Source: Balamuthia mandrillaris (lineage: Eukaryota). Taken from it: a stretch of DNA of 64,000 bases. Location of the stretch: contig JAVKOQ020000096.1 of NCBI GenBank assembly GCA_031835245.2, positions 62,001 through 126,000 of the forward strand. Direction: 5' to 3'. Below, piece by piece: positions 51,845-63,611 of the stretch (its first letter is position 1; each line of letters starts with the position of its first letter). Below the pieces are notes generated by a model. That model had not been told where the DNA came from. It made no database searches and saw only the letters and a program-made list of their open reading frames with translations. Both the position numbers and the translations under genes were made by a program.

Positions 51845-54800
51845 GAAGATACCATCGTCTTCCACTTCAACGCTTTCGCTTCCATCAAGTGACTGCTGTA
51901 TATAGCGTTGAATCTTTCGGGAATGTTTGGTGAGAAAGGCTTTAAAGGACTTGAACTCGTCTTCCACTCTCCACTCGCTAAAGAGTTGCGCTGCTGTTGC
52001 GGTGTCATCTCCTCCTATTGTCTCCTGAAATTGAGAGAGAATGAGCATTCATACAGAGTGTACGCCTTTGAGTGAGTGAGAGAGAGAGAGAGAGAGAGAG
52101 ATTATACCCGGAGGAAGCTGCCAAGATATTCTTCGTGTTCAGGCTCTAAGCCCAACATGTGCGCCAACAATCGATGGAACTCTTCCTCCGTTACTATGGC
52201 ATTACCTCCGCTTTTGTTATTTATCATTTCATTTATCTATTTGCAACACGCACACCAACATGTTTAACATAACATGAAAGAGCGACAGAGAGATAGAGAG
52301 ATACGAACACTGCGAAGGTTGGGATCGAAAAAATAGTGCGGTGGAGCCTCGGTGTCAGACACCTGCTGCACAAACTTGTACTCTGTTTGCTGGAGATACC
52401 CTAAGTCCAGCATTCGCTCCGCCAGTGCTCTTGCCTCCTCCCGTCCTCCCAAGTGTACATGTTCCATAAACCAGTCTATCAGATCTCGTCCTGTTTACCC
52501 AAGCAACGAGAGTTAGAGGAAGAAGAAGAAGCAAGAAGAAGAACAAGAAGAACAAGAACAAGAACAAGAACAAGAAGAACAAGAACAAGAACAAGAACAA
52601 GAACAAGAACAAGAAGAACAAGAACAAGAAGAAACGAGGAAAGTGAATAAAAAAAAGAGACAAAGGCAAACCTGTGAATGCTGTAGCGGAGGAAGAAGAA
52701 GAAGCAGACCTCAGGCGAGCCAGCAAACCATAGTTGGAGTCTTTCAACCGGTTAAGCACCTTCTCGATGGACAAAAGACTGCCATCAGCGCCAAGAGGAG
52801 GTCCTCCTCTCTGCAGATAGTCCTTCCAAAGGTCGCTCTGAAGGAAGCCTCCAATAACGGATGTTTGCAGCGACAATTCAACCGCTTCTTGAGCCTCATC
52901 AAAGAACGACCACAACGAGTCTGTTTCTTGTTCTGCTTCAGGAGAACTTAGCCTTTGCAGAAGGTGTGCTCTCAGCTCGGAACGTATCTGCAGGCCTGCA
53001 GAAGAGAGATGCCTGACCAAAACATCTCTTATTGCTTCCTCTTCTTCGTAGTCTTTTTCCTCCATTCCTTGGCTGAGAGAAGAAGCACGAAACGCTTCCA
53101 CTGCCTCCCAAAACATGAGGTTGTCTTCCGAGAAGAGAGTCGGGGAGTCACGCAAGTAACGGGAGAGCAACGCTCGAGAATGAGGCACAGGCAATACCTT
53201 CTTCAAAGCTCTTCTCTCTGCCTCTTTTGCAGCGCTGCTATCTTTTCTCCCTCTTCGCTTTTCTTCCTCTTTATGACCCTCTTTCTCTTTTTCCTTGGTT
53301 GTTTGTTGTTCTTGTTCTCGTTCCAACAGGAAGTCTTGAATGTCGGAAGTATCCTGAGGCCAGGTGTTCTGCTTTCCAAGCCGCGAGAGGCGTTGCAACA
53401 AGGCTTGGTACTCTCTCTCCGCTCTTTCTTCCTCCTCCAACATTTTCCTGGTCAGTTCCTCTTCTCTCTTTTGTAGCTCCACCTCTCTCTGTTGTAACGC
53501 CCTCTCTTTGGCTCGTCTCTCTTCCTCTCGTTTCAAACGCGCGATGGCTTTGTCTCTCTCGCGAATGGTCCTATGTAATGTTTTCTCCTTCTCTTTCAAC
53601 TCTGCTTCTTTTGCCTCCTGTTCTTGTTGTTTCTGGGCCATTGTTTCTCTCCAACGCTGTTCCTCTTCCTCATCTTCTTCTCCTGTTTCTTCTCTTTGTG
53701 TTGTTGTTGTTGTTTCTCGAATCATCAAATGTAACTTGAGAGCGAGTTCCTGTTGCTCTTGCTTGTTGCGAAGTTCTTCCTTCCATTCTTTCTGTTCATC
53801 CACTTCTTCTCCGTCTTTTGTTCTGTTGTCCTCTTTCAAACTATTTGAGGGCGTCCACAAGTCCGTTTGTTGTTGGTTGCTGTTGCTGTTGCTGTGGTTC
53901 TTTTCACGCTTGAAAGAAGACTTTCTCGACTTGCTTTTCTTCTCCTCCGTTTTCGTCTTCTTTAACTTCCTAAGGCTCCACTTTTGTCGTCGTCGCTTCA
54001 ATAGCTCTTCGTTCTTCCTGTTCAAAACCTCCTCCCTGCGCCTCAACTCTTCTTCCTTCGCTTTCCAAAACGTGTTCACATCGGCCTCATCTCCGCTCTC
54101 TCCCTCTTCATCCTCTCCCTCTTCCGCAAAGCCGTACATGTACTTGCCGCTTCTTTCATCTTTCTGGTGCTTCTTCTTGGGTGGCTTCTTCTCTTCCGCT
54201 GGTTCTCCTTCGTTCTCTTTGGTCGTTGTTGCTGTTTCTTCTTCTGCAGCTTCTCCTTTCTCTTTCTTCTTCTTTGTCTTTCTTTCCTTGTGGAAGAGAG
54301 AACGAGGAGAGATGGTATTCCAGTTCACCGTCAACAAGTCTTCGCCATGCTTGTTGGGAGAAGAGTGATAACGTGGGGATGCCGTTGCGGAATGCGAGAT
54401 GGCATGCCTCTTGGCCTTGCCCTTCTTTTTGCTCTTCGCCTGCTTCTTCGCTTTGTTCTTCTCCTCCTTCGTCACGTCCTCCGCTTTCATCAGCATAACG
54501 CTCTGACGGTAGCTTTGCATCTCCTCTCTGACATGGCGCAGCTCCTCTTCCAACATTCTCACCTGAAGCCTCATCGCCTCCACATTGTTGCTGTCATTCT
54601 GCTCTTCGTCGTCTTCTTCTTTCTTCTCTCCTTTCTTTTCTCCGTTCTCTTCTTTCTCGCTTGTCTTCTTGTGGTTGAATGGTTGCTGTTGTTGGTGCAT
54701 TGAACATTTCTCCATGATGAGAGAATAAGAATGTGAGCGAACCAGGTCCTGAGCTTTGCTGTTCACTCCGAGCACCCGCAGGAGCAGCCCCACCGCTCTT

Positions 54801-54957
54801 GCCAGTTGCTCCTTCTTCTCCTCCACCTGTTCCGTTTGTGCTTTCATCTCCTCTCCTTCGTTGCCTCCTTCATTTGGTTCATATTACATTAACAAGAAAG
54901 AAGAGAACGAGAGAAGCATAGAGAGAGAAGAGAGAAGAGACAGATGGAGAGAGCGAA

Positions 54958-55006
<49 letters not shown>

Positions 55007-55259
55007 AGAAGAGGAGATACCATTGGAAGCGCGAAGGGTCTGCTGCAAACGAGCCAATGTGGAGAGAAAGTCCGCAACAGCTTTGCCCAGAATGGAGGCT
55101 ATCTTGTTGATGGCCATTTTGGTCTTCTCATCGACGGTAGGGCTGTCCCTCACGTCCTTGGCCAGGGCAACCACCTGCACGCACGCCTTTTTCACCTCTT
55201 CTGGATCGATGCTATGTGTACATATATTTGTTTTTTTAAACAAAAATGTATCGAAGAAC

Positions 55260-55298
<39 letters not shown>

Positions 55299-55478
55299 TT
55301 ACTTGGCAGGGCGAAGTTGGAGAGAACGTATGAAAAGAACGACAGCGTCCACGATGAGAGTAAAGGACGAGGACGAGGAGGAGGAGGCAGCAGCCGTTGG
55401 AGAAGTCGTTTGTAACGCTAGGTTCATCATTGGCGGCGGGTTAGCGGCAGCCGCCGCCACCGCAGGGACACCACTCAT
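51633..55478 (-). CDS. Coiled-coil protein with an RGS domain followed by a DEP-like domain (multi-exon)
   Basis: RGS: FSEDNLMFWEAVEAFR...FFDEAQEAVELSLQTSVIGGFLQSDLWKDYL. DEP-like: AFTG|RDLIDWFMEHVHLGGREEARALAERMLDLGYL. Confidence 0.75.
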
Positions 55479-55822
55479 CGTTCTGCCTACCAACCAACAA
55501 AAAAAAACCAAAACCACAACAGCAGCAGGGTCAAACAACCAGAGAAAGTGTTCTTTCTTTCCTTCGCGGGTTGTCCTTAGCAACGAATGTAACGCATAGT
55601 ATTATTATAGCAAATCATTATAGTCTTTTATTAAGCTCTGCTTAATCATTGGGTCGAGCAACTCCCGAAAGAGCAAAACAAACCAGAAGGACTTCCCCAC
55701 TCTTTGCTCTCACTCACTCCTTCTCTCTCGCTCCCTTGGTTGCAGGCAGAGCACGGTGAGGTCAGTAATGTTATGGGGTGTTAATGCTGTTTCACCCTTG
55801 CTGTGACCGCTCCACCGAGGAG

Positions 55823-55860
<38 letters not shown>

Positions 55861-56248
55861 GAGAACGAGAGAACGAGAGAACGAGAGAGAGAGAGAGAGA
55901 GAACGAGAGAGAGACGAAAAAGAAAAGACATTCCTTTTTTTCTCTCTCTCTCGTTATGTCATCTCTATCCACCACCAAAACGAAAACTGAATGCAACTCG
56001 AAATAAAAGAGGAAGGAACGCCGCTCGAACGACCCCCTCCCCACCCTTCAGCCCTCCTTGCTGTCAGGTTTTCTCAAAAACATAAAAGGCAGCAGCCCTC
56101 CTCTGCTTCTTTTTTTAAAAAACAGAACATGTGACCGACCCAAGATCTTCACTCATAAACTGACCAACCAACACTCATCCTTTGCGAAACGGATTGCAAC
56201 TTCATCTTTCTTCTTCATCTTCATCGTCAAAAAAAAATATATATATAT

Positions 56249-57453
56249 ATGGGAGTGAACTGGTCGGCCTCTCTTCAGGAGGCTCACGACGATGAGTCCC
56301 AAGACGTCCGCGAGCTCCTCCGCCGTCGCCGCCTCCGCCAGCTGCTGCTCCAGCAGGGCCGGCAGCGCCGTCCCTCCGCGGAAGCGGCCGCTGCCCTTCA
56401 ACCCTCCCTGCCTCATGCGGAGGGAGGCCCTCCTCCCTCCACCACCGCCGCACCGCTGCCCATCCCTTCTCCTCCGCCTCCCCCGTTGGAGCCCGCCCAG
56501 GCCAGGCTCGTGGACAAGTTCGAGAGCAAGCTCATGGCCCTGAAGACGCTCATGCGACGGCACACCAACACGGCGGCCTACCTCACCTCCGCCGCCCACC
56601 CGCTGCTCACGCTCTCCGCCAGCGTGGCCGCCCTGAGCATCGCCACCACCAACCTCCTGCTGAACGCGCGGACGAGGACGGCGGCCCTGGCCGCGGGCCT
56701 GCTCTTCCTGGTCCTGCTGACGGGGTTGATGATGAGCTTGTTGTTCGAGACGAGGATCGCCAGGGCGGCCTATCGCCTGGCTAGAGTGAAGCTGCATGTG
56801 GATGAGCAGAAGCTTTTGGTTTGGCTTCTTCTTGTTCTTGTTCTTCTTCTTGTTCTTCTTCTTATTGTTGTTGTTGCTTCTCGCTTCTCGCTTCTTGCTT
56901 CTTGCTTCTTCGTTCAAGTAAGAAGAATGAACATTCCTAACGTGCTCCTTCTCTTGTTTTTTTTGCTGCTCAGGAAAGGGAGGACACGGAGCTGAACCAG
57001 AAGGACATTGCAATGGTCAAACAGCTCACTTGGCTTGCGAAAGATACTTCCAAGGTGGGTCTCCTCTTGTCTTGGTTGGAGCCATAAACGAAGTACAGCC
57101 AAATAACATATCTTTTTTTCTCTCTCCCACAACAGGGCATGCACACCACTGAATGGCTCTACCAACATGTTTTCTGGAGGCTTTTCCCTGTACATTCTCC
57201 CTCCTTTATTCCTCTCCCTCTCTCTCTCTCTCTTCTCCCTCCTCGCTCTCTCTCTCTCTCTCTCTCTCTGCTCCCTCTGCTCTCTCTTCTCTGTTCTCTG
57301 TTCTCTCTCCTCTCTCCCTCTCTTGGCTTTCTTCTTCTAACCTTTCCTTCCTCCATTGAGCTATTTTGTTTGGCGGTGTACATATTGGCGCTGTTCGGGT
57401 ATGGCTGGGAGCTTGTGCATCGGTTGCGAGACGAGAGCATCCCCTTTGTATGA
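56249..57453 (+). CDS. Predicted multi-pass membrane protein of unknown function (multi-exon)
   Basis: GC-rich first exon with hydrophobic helices, GT-AG introns, final exon LFCLAVYILALFGYGWELVHRLRDESIPFV*. Confidence 0.6.
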
Positions 57454-57593
57454 ATAAAAAGTCCACCGGAAACCCTTCCAACAAGAAGAAGAGGTTTCGT
57501 TTATTGCTGTTGTTGTACCAACCGGAAGAGGGAAAAGGAGTTTGAAAAAAAAAAGATACTGTTATCTTTCTCTTCTCTCTTCTCTTTCCTTCC

Positions 57594-58127
57594 TTACTTC
57601 CTCTTTGGCTTTTGTTGCTGGGGCTTAGCGGCCTTCTTTTCGCAGCCGCCGCAAAAGCCGCAGCAGAGGTAGGAGAGGACAATGGGCGCCCCCGAGATGA
57701 GGTAGGCGAGCAGGCCAGCGTCGGTGAACAGCTCAGAGCCCTTGTGCATGTAGTAGCCGCCAAAGGCCATGAAGGCGAGGCCGGAGACGCCAAGGGAGCG
57801 TGCTACCGCTTTGGTGGGTGGGGCGGTGCAAAGAGCGGCCGCGATGAACAAGCACAGGCAGCTGCAAGATTTGTGTTTTGTTGTGTTGGTTAGTTTTACA
57901 TCTTCGCGTGTGGGAGAAGCTCAAAAAAAAAGAACGTACGACAACAAGAGGAGGACTTCTTGAAGGTAGCCAGCAGAGAAGGCCGGTTTGAACAAAACCG
58001 TGGCGAGGTCATAGGGGGTGCCAGCGGTGTAGCCCAACGCAGAAGCAGCAAATCCAACGGCCACCACGGTGAAGGCGGTGGAGTCGGCCAACAACACGGT
58101 TTTCAAATATCCGCTGCACTCTCCCAT
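57594..58127 (-). CDS. Small multi-TM membrane protein with Cys-rich, basic C-terminus (2 exons)
   Basis: MGECSGYLKTVLLADSTAFTVVAVGF...; second exon ...LCCGFCGGCEKKAAKPQQQKPKRK*. GC-rich codon usage. Confidence 0.65.
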
Positions 58128-58667
58128 TTCGTCTCTTCTCTTCTCTTCTCTGCCCTTTCTTTTTTTCTCTCTCTCTCTCTCTCTGGTATCGCCCCCCGCT
58201 TGCGCTACCCGCAGTTTTGAAGCCGGCAGAAAAAGGAAATCTCCGGTAAAGGACGTGCATCGTTGGGCCAATGGCAAATCAAACGTTTGAATTGTCTGTC
58301 GAATTTTCTTTGGTTTTCGCCGATTGAATAGGAAAGGAGGCAGAACACCACAAAGAGGCCGGAGGGAGTGGCAAAGCAAAAACGTATTTAATGAACTAAG
58401 CCAAGAGAGACGGAGCATCAGAGTGCGGAGCAAAGTGATGATAACAAGATGAGGATTTAGGCTTTTTGGTTTAAGCCCGTTCGTGTGGAGGAGAATTTTT
58501 GGCGGGAGAGAGGCAGGGCACATTTTTCCTTGCCCCTTCTCTGCCCGCACGGCGGCGAATGGTCTGGCCTCGAGTGAAACTAAAGCGAGGACGCCTGCGA
58601 TACAAGGTAGAGTGAGAAATATGAAAGTGTAAAACAGCAACAGAGAAAAAGATAAGATAATTGAAAG

Positions 58668-58735
58668 TATCAGCACTTTGTATGTATAATCAAGGGTAAG
58701 ATCATAAACACGGACCAAAGTAAAATCATCATAAC
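58668..58735 (-). ncRNA. SNORD18: Box C/D snoRNA, U18/snR18 homolog
   Basis: ATGATGA(C)-TTTTAC-TTTGGTCCGTGTTT-ATGA(D')-...TTGATTA(C')-...CTGA(D). The guide is complementary to conserved LSU rRNA AAACACGGACCAA. Confidence 0.88.
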
Positions 58736-58916
58736 AGCAAATTAACGTAGAGGAAAAAAACGAACAACTTCAACTTACCATTTAGTCCGGAGCTTCGATT
58801 TGTACGAGATAAACAGCCGGATTCCGGCTGCAAACGGAAACCTATAAGGGAGAAAAGATAAGCAAAACAACAAGCAAAAAAAAAAAGAATGCTACTCTAA
58901 TAAACACATTGTAAAA

Positions 58917-58993
58917 ATTCAGTCCTATCGATCATTAATTATTTTAAAGATGTATCATGATGTATTCAACACTGCATTGTTGTGCATCATTGT
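58917..58993 (-). ncRNA. Box C/D snoRNA candidate (family not recognised)
   Basis: ATGATGC(C)-ACAACAATGCAGTG-TTGA(D')-...ATGATAC(C')-...AATGATCGATAGGA-CTGA(D). Flanked by an 8-bp inverted repeat at 58904-58911/58998-59005. Confidence 0.7.
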
Positions 58994-59218
58994 GCGCCAA
59001 TGTGTATCTTCTCTCACAGAGGAAAGCCGGGAAACCGTACCTTCCTACATGCTACGAAGAATGCTTTAAAGTGGAAGGGGGAGTGTGGCCCTTTCTTGTT
59101 AACCAAAGAAAAATGAGAAGGAAAAAGAAAAGGGGACGATGAGGGATGGGAAAAGAGGGAACGAAAGTGACGTCATCATTAACGTCGACAAGAGGAGTTT
59201 TTCGGAGTTATTATTCAT

Positions 59219-62200
59219 TCAGGTGAAACGCGTGGCGAGGTAGTCGAACAGCTCCAAGTCCCCAACGCTCTCCTCGTCCTGCAGAAGCGCGGCGTACTCG
59301 TGGATGGCAGTGGTCAGATCTCCCACCGACAGCGCGCTCGGCTCCGCCCGCTCCGAGCCTTCTTCTTCTGCGGTCTCTATTCCGATGCATTGCAGCAGCA
59401 TGCTCAGCTCCGTGCCGAATTCCTCCTCCCCAAACGTAAAATACAATACCTTTTAAATGGCCATTTCGCTCTGGTAAGCGGACAGCAAAAAAAAAAAGGG
59501 AAGAGGAGAAGGAAAGGGGCATGATGGTGTACGTACATCTCTGCCGCATTGAGAAGCGGCGATGAATTGCAGTAAGCTTTTGAGTTGTTTTGTTCCGCCA
59601 AATGCACCGCAACCCCAATTACCTTTTCGTTGGGTTATGTTGTTAAATGATGCCAACAACAATAAAGACACTTGAGAAAACATACCAGTAGAAACAGGAG
59701 GCAATTCGGTCAATGCAAGTTCACTTTCCTCTTCCTTATCCTTGGTTGTATCTTCTTCCATGCTTGTTTTCATTTTGGCTAGTTCTCTCTCTTTCGCTCT
59801 TTTTGCTCTTTCAAACCGTTTGATGGCGTTCTCTCTGTCCTCGTCCATAAAACCGCAATAGGCCTTGTTGAGCTCTCTCTCGATGGCAACCGGGTCAAAC
59901 TCCTCTAAGTTCTTTCTCTTTCGCGACTTGCCAAAGAGTTCCAAAGCGTCTATGGCCACGATCTTGGTTCTTCTGCGATGGAACTCGTCGCGAGGACAAC
60001 GGTCTTCGAAGTTACCCGTCCATTCAAAGCTGTGGCTGTATCCTTCGTACTTGCTGTATCTCTCACTACCTATCATTATGATGCACTCGTTGTCTTTTTG
60101 TTTGTGAGTATTGTTAGGAGGAGAGAGCAAAGAGCAGAGCAGAGCAGAGCAGAGCAGATAGGAGAGAGACCAGAAGAAAACGAAAGAATAGAGATTTTTG
60201 TTACCATCAAGTTCTTCGCAAAACAACCGAGAAACTATGAGTTCAGTATTTATCAAGAAACGGATCTCCTCTTGTACACAGCCCTAATTTATAAGTTAGC
60301 ACAGTGAAAAGAGTCTCAGAGACTAATGTAGAAGAAGAACAAGAACAAGAGATTAGAAAGAGAACAAATAACATACTCGGCCTAAAACTCCACCACCCAT
60401 GTGCTTGTTGGCAAAATCAACCTCTTCATTACGGAGAGAATCAGTCAGTTGAGAACAAGAAGGAATATTAAGAGAACAACAAGCAGAGAAGTAGTGACAA
60501 AAGAGAGGATACGTACCAATGGCATCCATTGGTGTGTCGTCTTCAATAGTTCCGGTATTTCTCACTTCCATCCTCTTGAGCGGTCGATTGCTGCGTGTCC
60601 AATCTGGAAAGTCATCCAAAACTCTTCTCGTAAAAGATACGTTTCCAGTTGGTACTAAACGCCAGATTTAATGTTACAATAGTAAAGAGAGGAGAGGAGA
60701 GGAGAGAGAGAGAGAGAGAGAGAGATTTACTATCGTCTAAAACTCTTTGAAAGTAGTGAATGATGCAACGAAGTTTGGCAGCTCGCACAGGAACGCAAGG
60801 CCCCGCAAAGAGTGTATTAAAGTTGATTGTTGGCAAAGCAACTTTTTTACGATCCTTTGCACTAAATGGAACAGAAAGATGTGTTAGTTAACATTAAACA
60901 GACGAAGAATGGAAAAGGTACTTTCTGCCAGGAAAAGTACAAAGGAAGGCATTTGCCAACAAACAAGCAATTTGTTTCTGGGAGAGAAGAAGCGTTTGAT
61001 CCACAGACTTGCATAACAACGGAATAGGCTCTTTGCACAAGTGCTAAATTGGACAAAGAGAGAGAGAGAGAGAACAGAGAGAATGGTGAGTATGAAAAGA
61101 AGAAAAAGAAACAAGGAACTAACTTTGAGAGCAAGTGCAAGTTCAATGATTCCACGCAAGGTATGCCCGAAAAAGACTTTCGTTTCGTTTTTAGTACAAT
61201 AGGCTTCAAAGAATCCATGCAATCCATCAAAGCTCCACTTTTGTTTAGTCACAATTGATAAATATAACAAACATAAAGTTAAGAAGCTAGACGAAAGAAG
61301 AGGAGAAGAGAAGAGCAGAACCCTAGAGGCATGTGAAGGATTGTAACGGAGAATGGCAGCTTCCAACTGACGAGAGTTCAACAAAGGAGAGCCACGAAGC
61401 GTGTCTCGAATGAGATCCCATTTAGAGAGACGGTTGCGAGGATCGCTCTTTCGAATGTACACGTTTTGTGGTGAGCAAGGCAGTCGCACATGCTCCTTAT
61501 CCCTGTTGACTGTGAGTTTGAAGAAGAAAGAAAAGCAAGAGAAGAACGAAGAAAGGGAAGAAAGAGAGAAGAAAGTAGAACGAGAAAAAGAGGAGAGAGA
61601 GAGAGAGAAAAAAAAGAGAAGAATGCCAACCATCGATCACGAGGAGCACCCTCCATGTCCGCCTGCGTAACCAGGTTCGGACAGATCGATTGTCTTCCGT
61701 TGGCCCAAGCCTCCCACGTAACAGCCCCACCATTCTCTTCTCCTCCTCTGTCTTCTTCTTTCTCTGCAGTTGTCGTCGTCGTTGAGGAAGAAGCGTAAGC
61801 AGACAAAGAAGAAGAGCGCAGAGCCAAAATCATGTTGGAAGACGAAGAAGCAGCGGAGGAAGAAGCAGAAGAGAAGGAAGAGGGCGAAGAGGGTGAAGAA
61901 GCAGGAGAACGAGAACGAAACACAAAGGCATCAAGGTTGGTTTGCCGAGTCGTTCGAGCCGAGGAAGAGGTAACAATACTTTCGGAGGAGGAGGACAAAC
62001 ACCTTCGCTTCTTTGTGAGCGGTGGTGGTGCTGCTTCCTTTTCTTTTTCTTTTTCTGTGTAAGCGGTGGTCTCTTTGTCTTTTGCAGACAAAGAAGAGGA
62101 GGAGGAGGGAAAGGTTTCTTTGAGTCGGGGTTGGTCTTTTGGTGGCTCCTTTCGCTTCTTCTTCTTCTTTTCCTCTGTCGTCATAGTGGTGGAGGAGGAG

Positions 62201-62586
62201 GTTGGAGTGGTCTTCTTCTCCAAATATTCCCTCTCTACTTTTTCCAACATCAACAAATATTCTTCCTCCTCCTCTTCCTCTTCTTCCTCCTCCTCTTCTT
62301 TCTCTCCATCTTCCAACAACGGAGAGGCCGGCAGCGTTGCCTCGTATTCCTCTTCCTCTTCCTCTTCCTCCTCCTCCTCCTCCTCTTTGGCCCGCCCTTC
62401 ATCGTTGTGCTTCTTCCTCCTCATCGCCAAGCTATTCGTTTCCAGCTCTTTGGGCTCTACCACGGAGAGAAGGATAGGCTGGGTGTCCTCGTCGTCATCC
62501 TCCTCCTCCGCATGGCCGAAGCGGCAGCACGCCGCTACCGCTTCTCCTCCGCCTCCGCCTCCTCCGCCTCGCCTTCTTCCTTCCAT
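59219..62586 (-). CDS. PARG: Poly(ADP-ribose) glycohydrolase (multi-exon)
   Basis: HVRLPCS, INFNTLF, KLRCIIHYF, VDFANKHMGGGVLGR|GCVQEEIRFLINTELIVSRLF, GSERYSKYEGY, IVAIDAL, RELNKAYCGF, TGNWGCGAFGG. Confidence 0.95.
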
Positions 62587-63130
62587 TCTTTTCTTTTTCT
62601 TTTTCGTTTAATTTTTTCTTCTTCGAAGAAGAACACTTTGAAAAGAAAAGGACGACTCTCCTCAACATGAACTGTTCATGTGATGCCTCTGGGTACTACT
62701 GCACGTGTGGTTGGAGTGTATGTAACTTCGCCCCCTTTTCTCGCTCGCACCGGACCACAAGCGGCTGCTTGGTGGTCCAAGGAGGTATTGGCTTTGAAAC
62801 CAAATGGGTCTTCTTCGCCAAAGCAGCTGCTGCTGATGCCTTTGCTTTTGCTTTTGGCATTTGTTGGGACACGCACAGCACCCCCCAGAGGGTGCCAACA
62901 AGGGAGTTGCCCAGGAACAAACAGAAGGACAAAGAGAAGGAGGATGGGGAAGGAAGAAGAGGCAAACATTTGGGGGATGACCGCATGGAGGTGGATGAAG
63001 GGGTGGAGAGCCACATGGATGCCCAGAGCAACATCGAGAGACAGCAACCACATGCCTGGTTTGTCGGGAAGCCCTCTTTGCGGCAGAGGATGGAACCACC
63101 GGTCAACTTTTGATGAGAAACTCCACACAA

Positions 63131-63203
63131 GGCCGGTTAGCTTAGTCGGTAGAGCGTGGTGCTAATAACGCCAAGGTCATGGGTTCGATCCCCATACTGG
63201 CCA
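63131..63203 (+). tRNA. tRNA-Ile (anticodon AAT)
   Basis: GGCCGGT/ACTGGCC acceptor stem, anticodon arm TGGTG-CT-AAT-AA-CGCCA, T-loop GTTCGATC, followed by a T-rich Pol III terminator. Confidence 0.96.
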
Positions 63204-63611
63204 TTCTTCTTTTTTTTAAAAGTTACATGGCCCAATGCAGAAAGGTGGGGTGCCAGTCTTTTTTCTTTTTTCTTGTTCTTCCTCCTTGCATCTTTCCAAC
63301 AACAGCACACAGCTGGTCAAGAGAAGAACATTCAAGGAGGGTCGGATGATGTAGAGGGGGCAGGCAGCATGATGACTTCGGGAAGAGTACCTCAAAAAGT
63401 TATTTTATAATGTCGACTACGCACGAAACGGAATGTTGCAAACAGATATCGAAAGAGAAACTGCAAACACAAAGGCCTGTTGACCATCCTGATAAGAGAT
63501 TGGTTTATTGGGAAGGACGCATGGCAACAAAAAGGCGCAGAGATTTACGGTTGTTTTAGTCAGAAAGGGAACACTGTGGCCTGAAAGAATCCTTTCCTCA
63601 CGCACAACCGC

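Larger units (their letters stand above)
58380..59150 (-). ncRNA. Putative non-protein-coding spliced snoRNA host gene (ends approximate)
   Basis: Introns 58842-59040 (gtacgg...ttatag) and 58595-58778 (gtaagt...tcgcag) flank a 63-nt exon. No convincing ATG-initiated ORF. Each intron holds a C/D snoRNA. Confidence 0.65.

Noticed and set aside
57921..58718. 265-aa minus-strand ORF
   Set aside because: Only the last part (from ATG 58127) looks coding; the rest reads through the snoRNA, intron and promoter sequence.
58814..58830. Hairpin CAGCCGGA-T-TCCGGCTG
   Set aside because: A single short palindrome in the host-gene exon with no supporting context.
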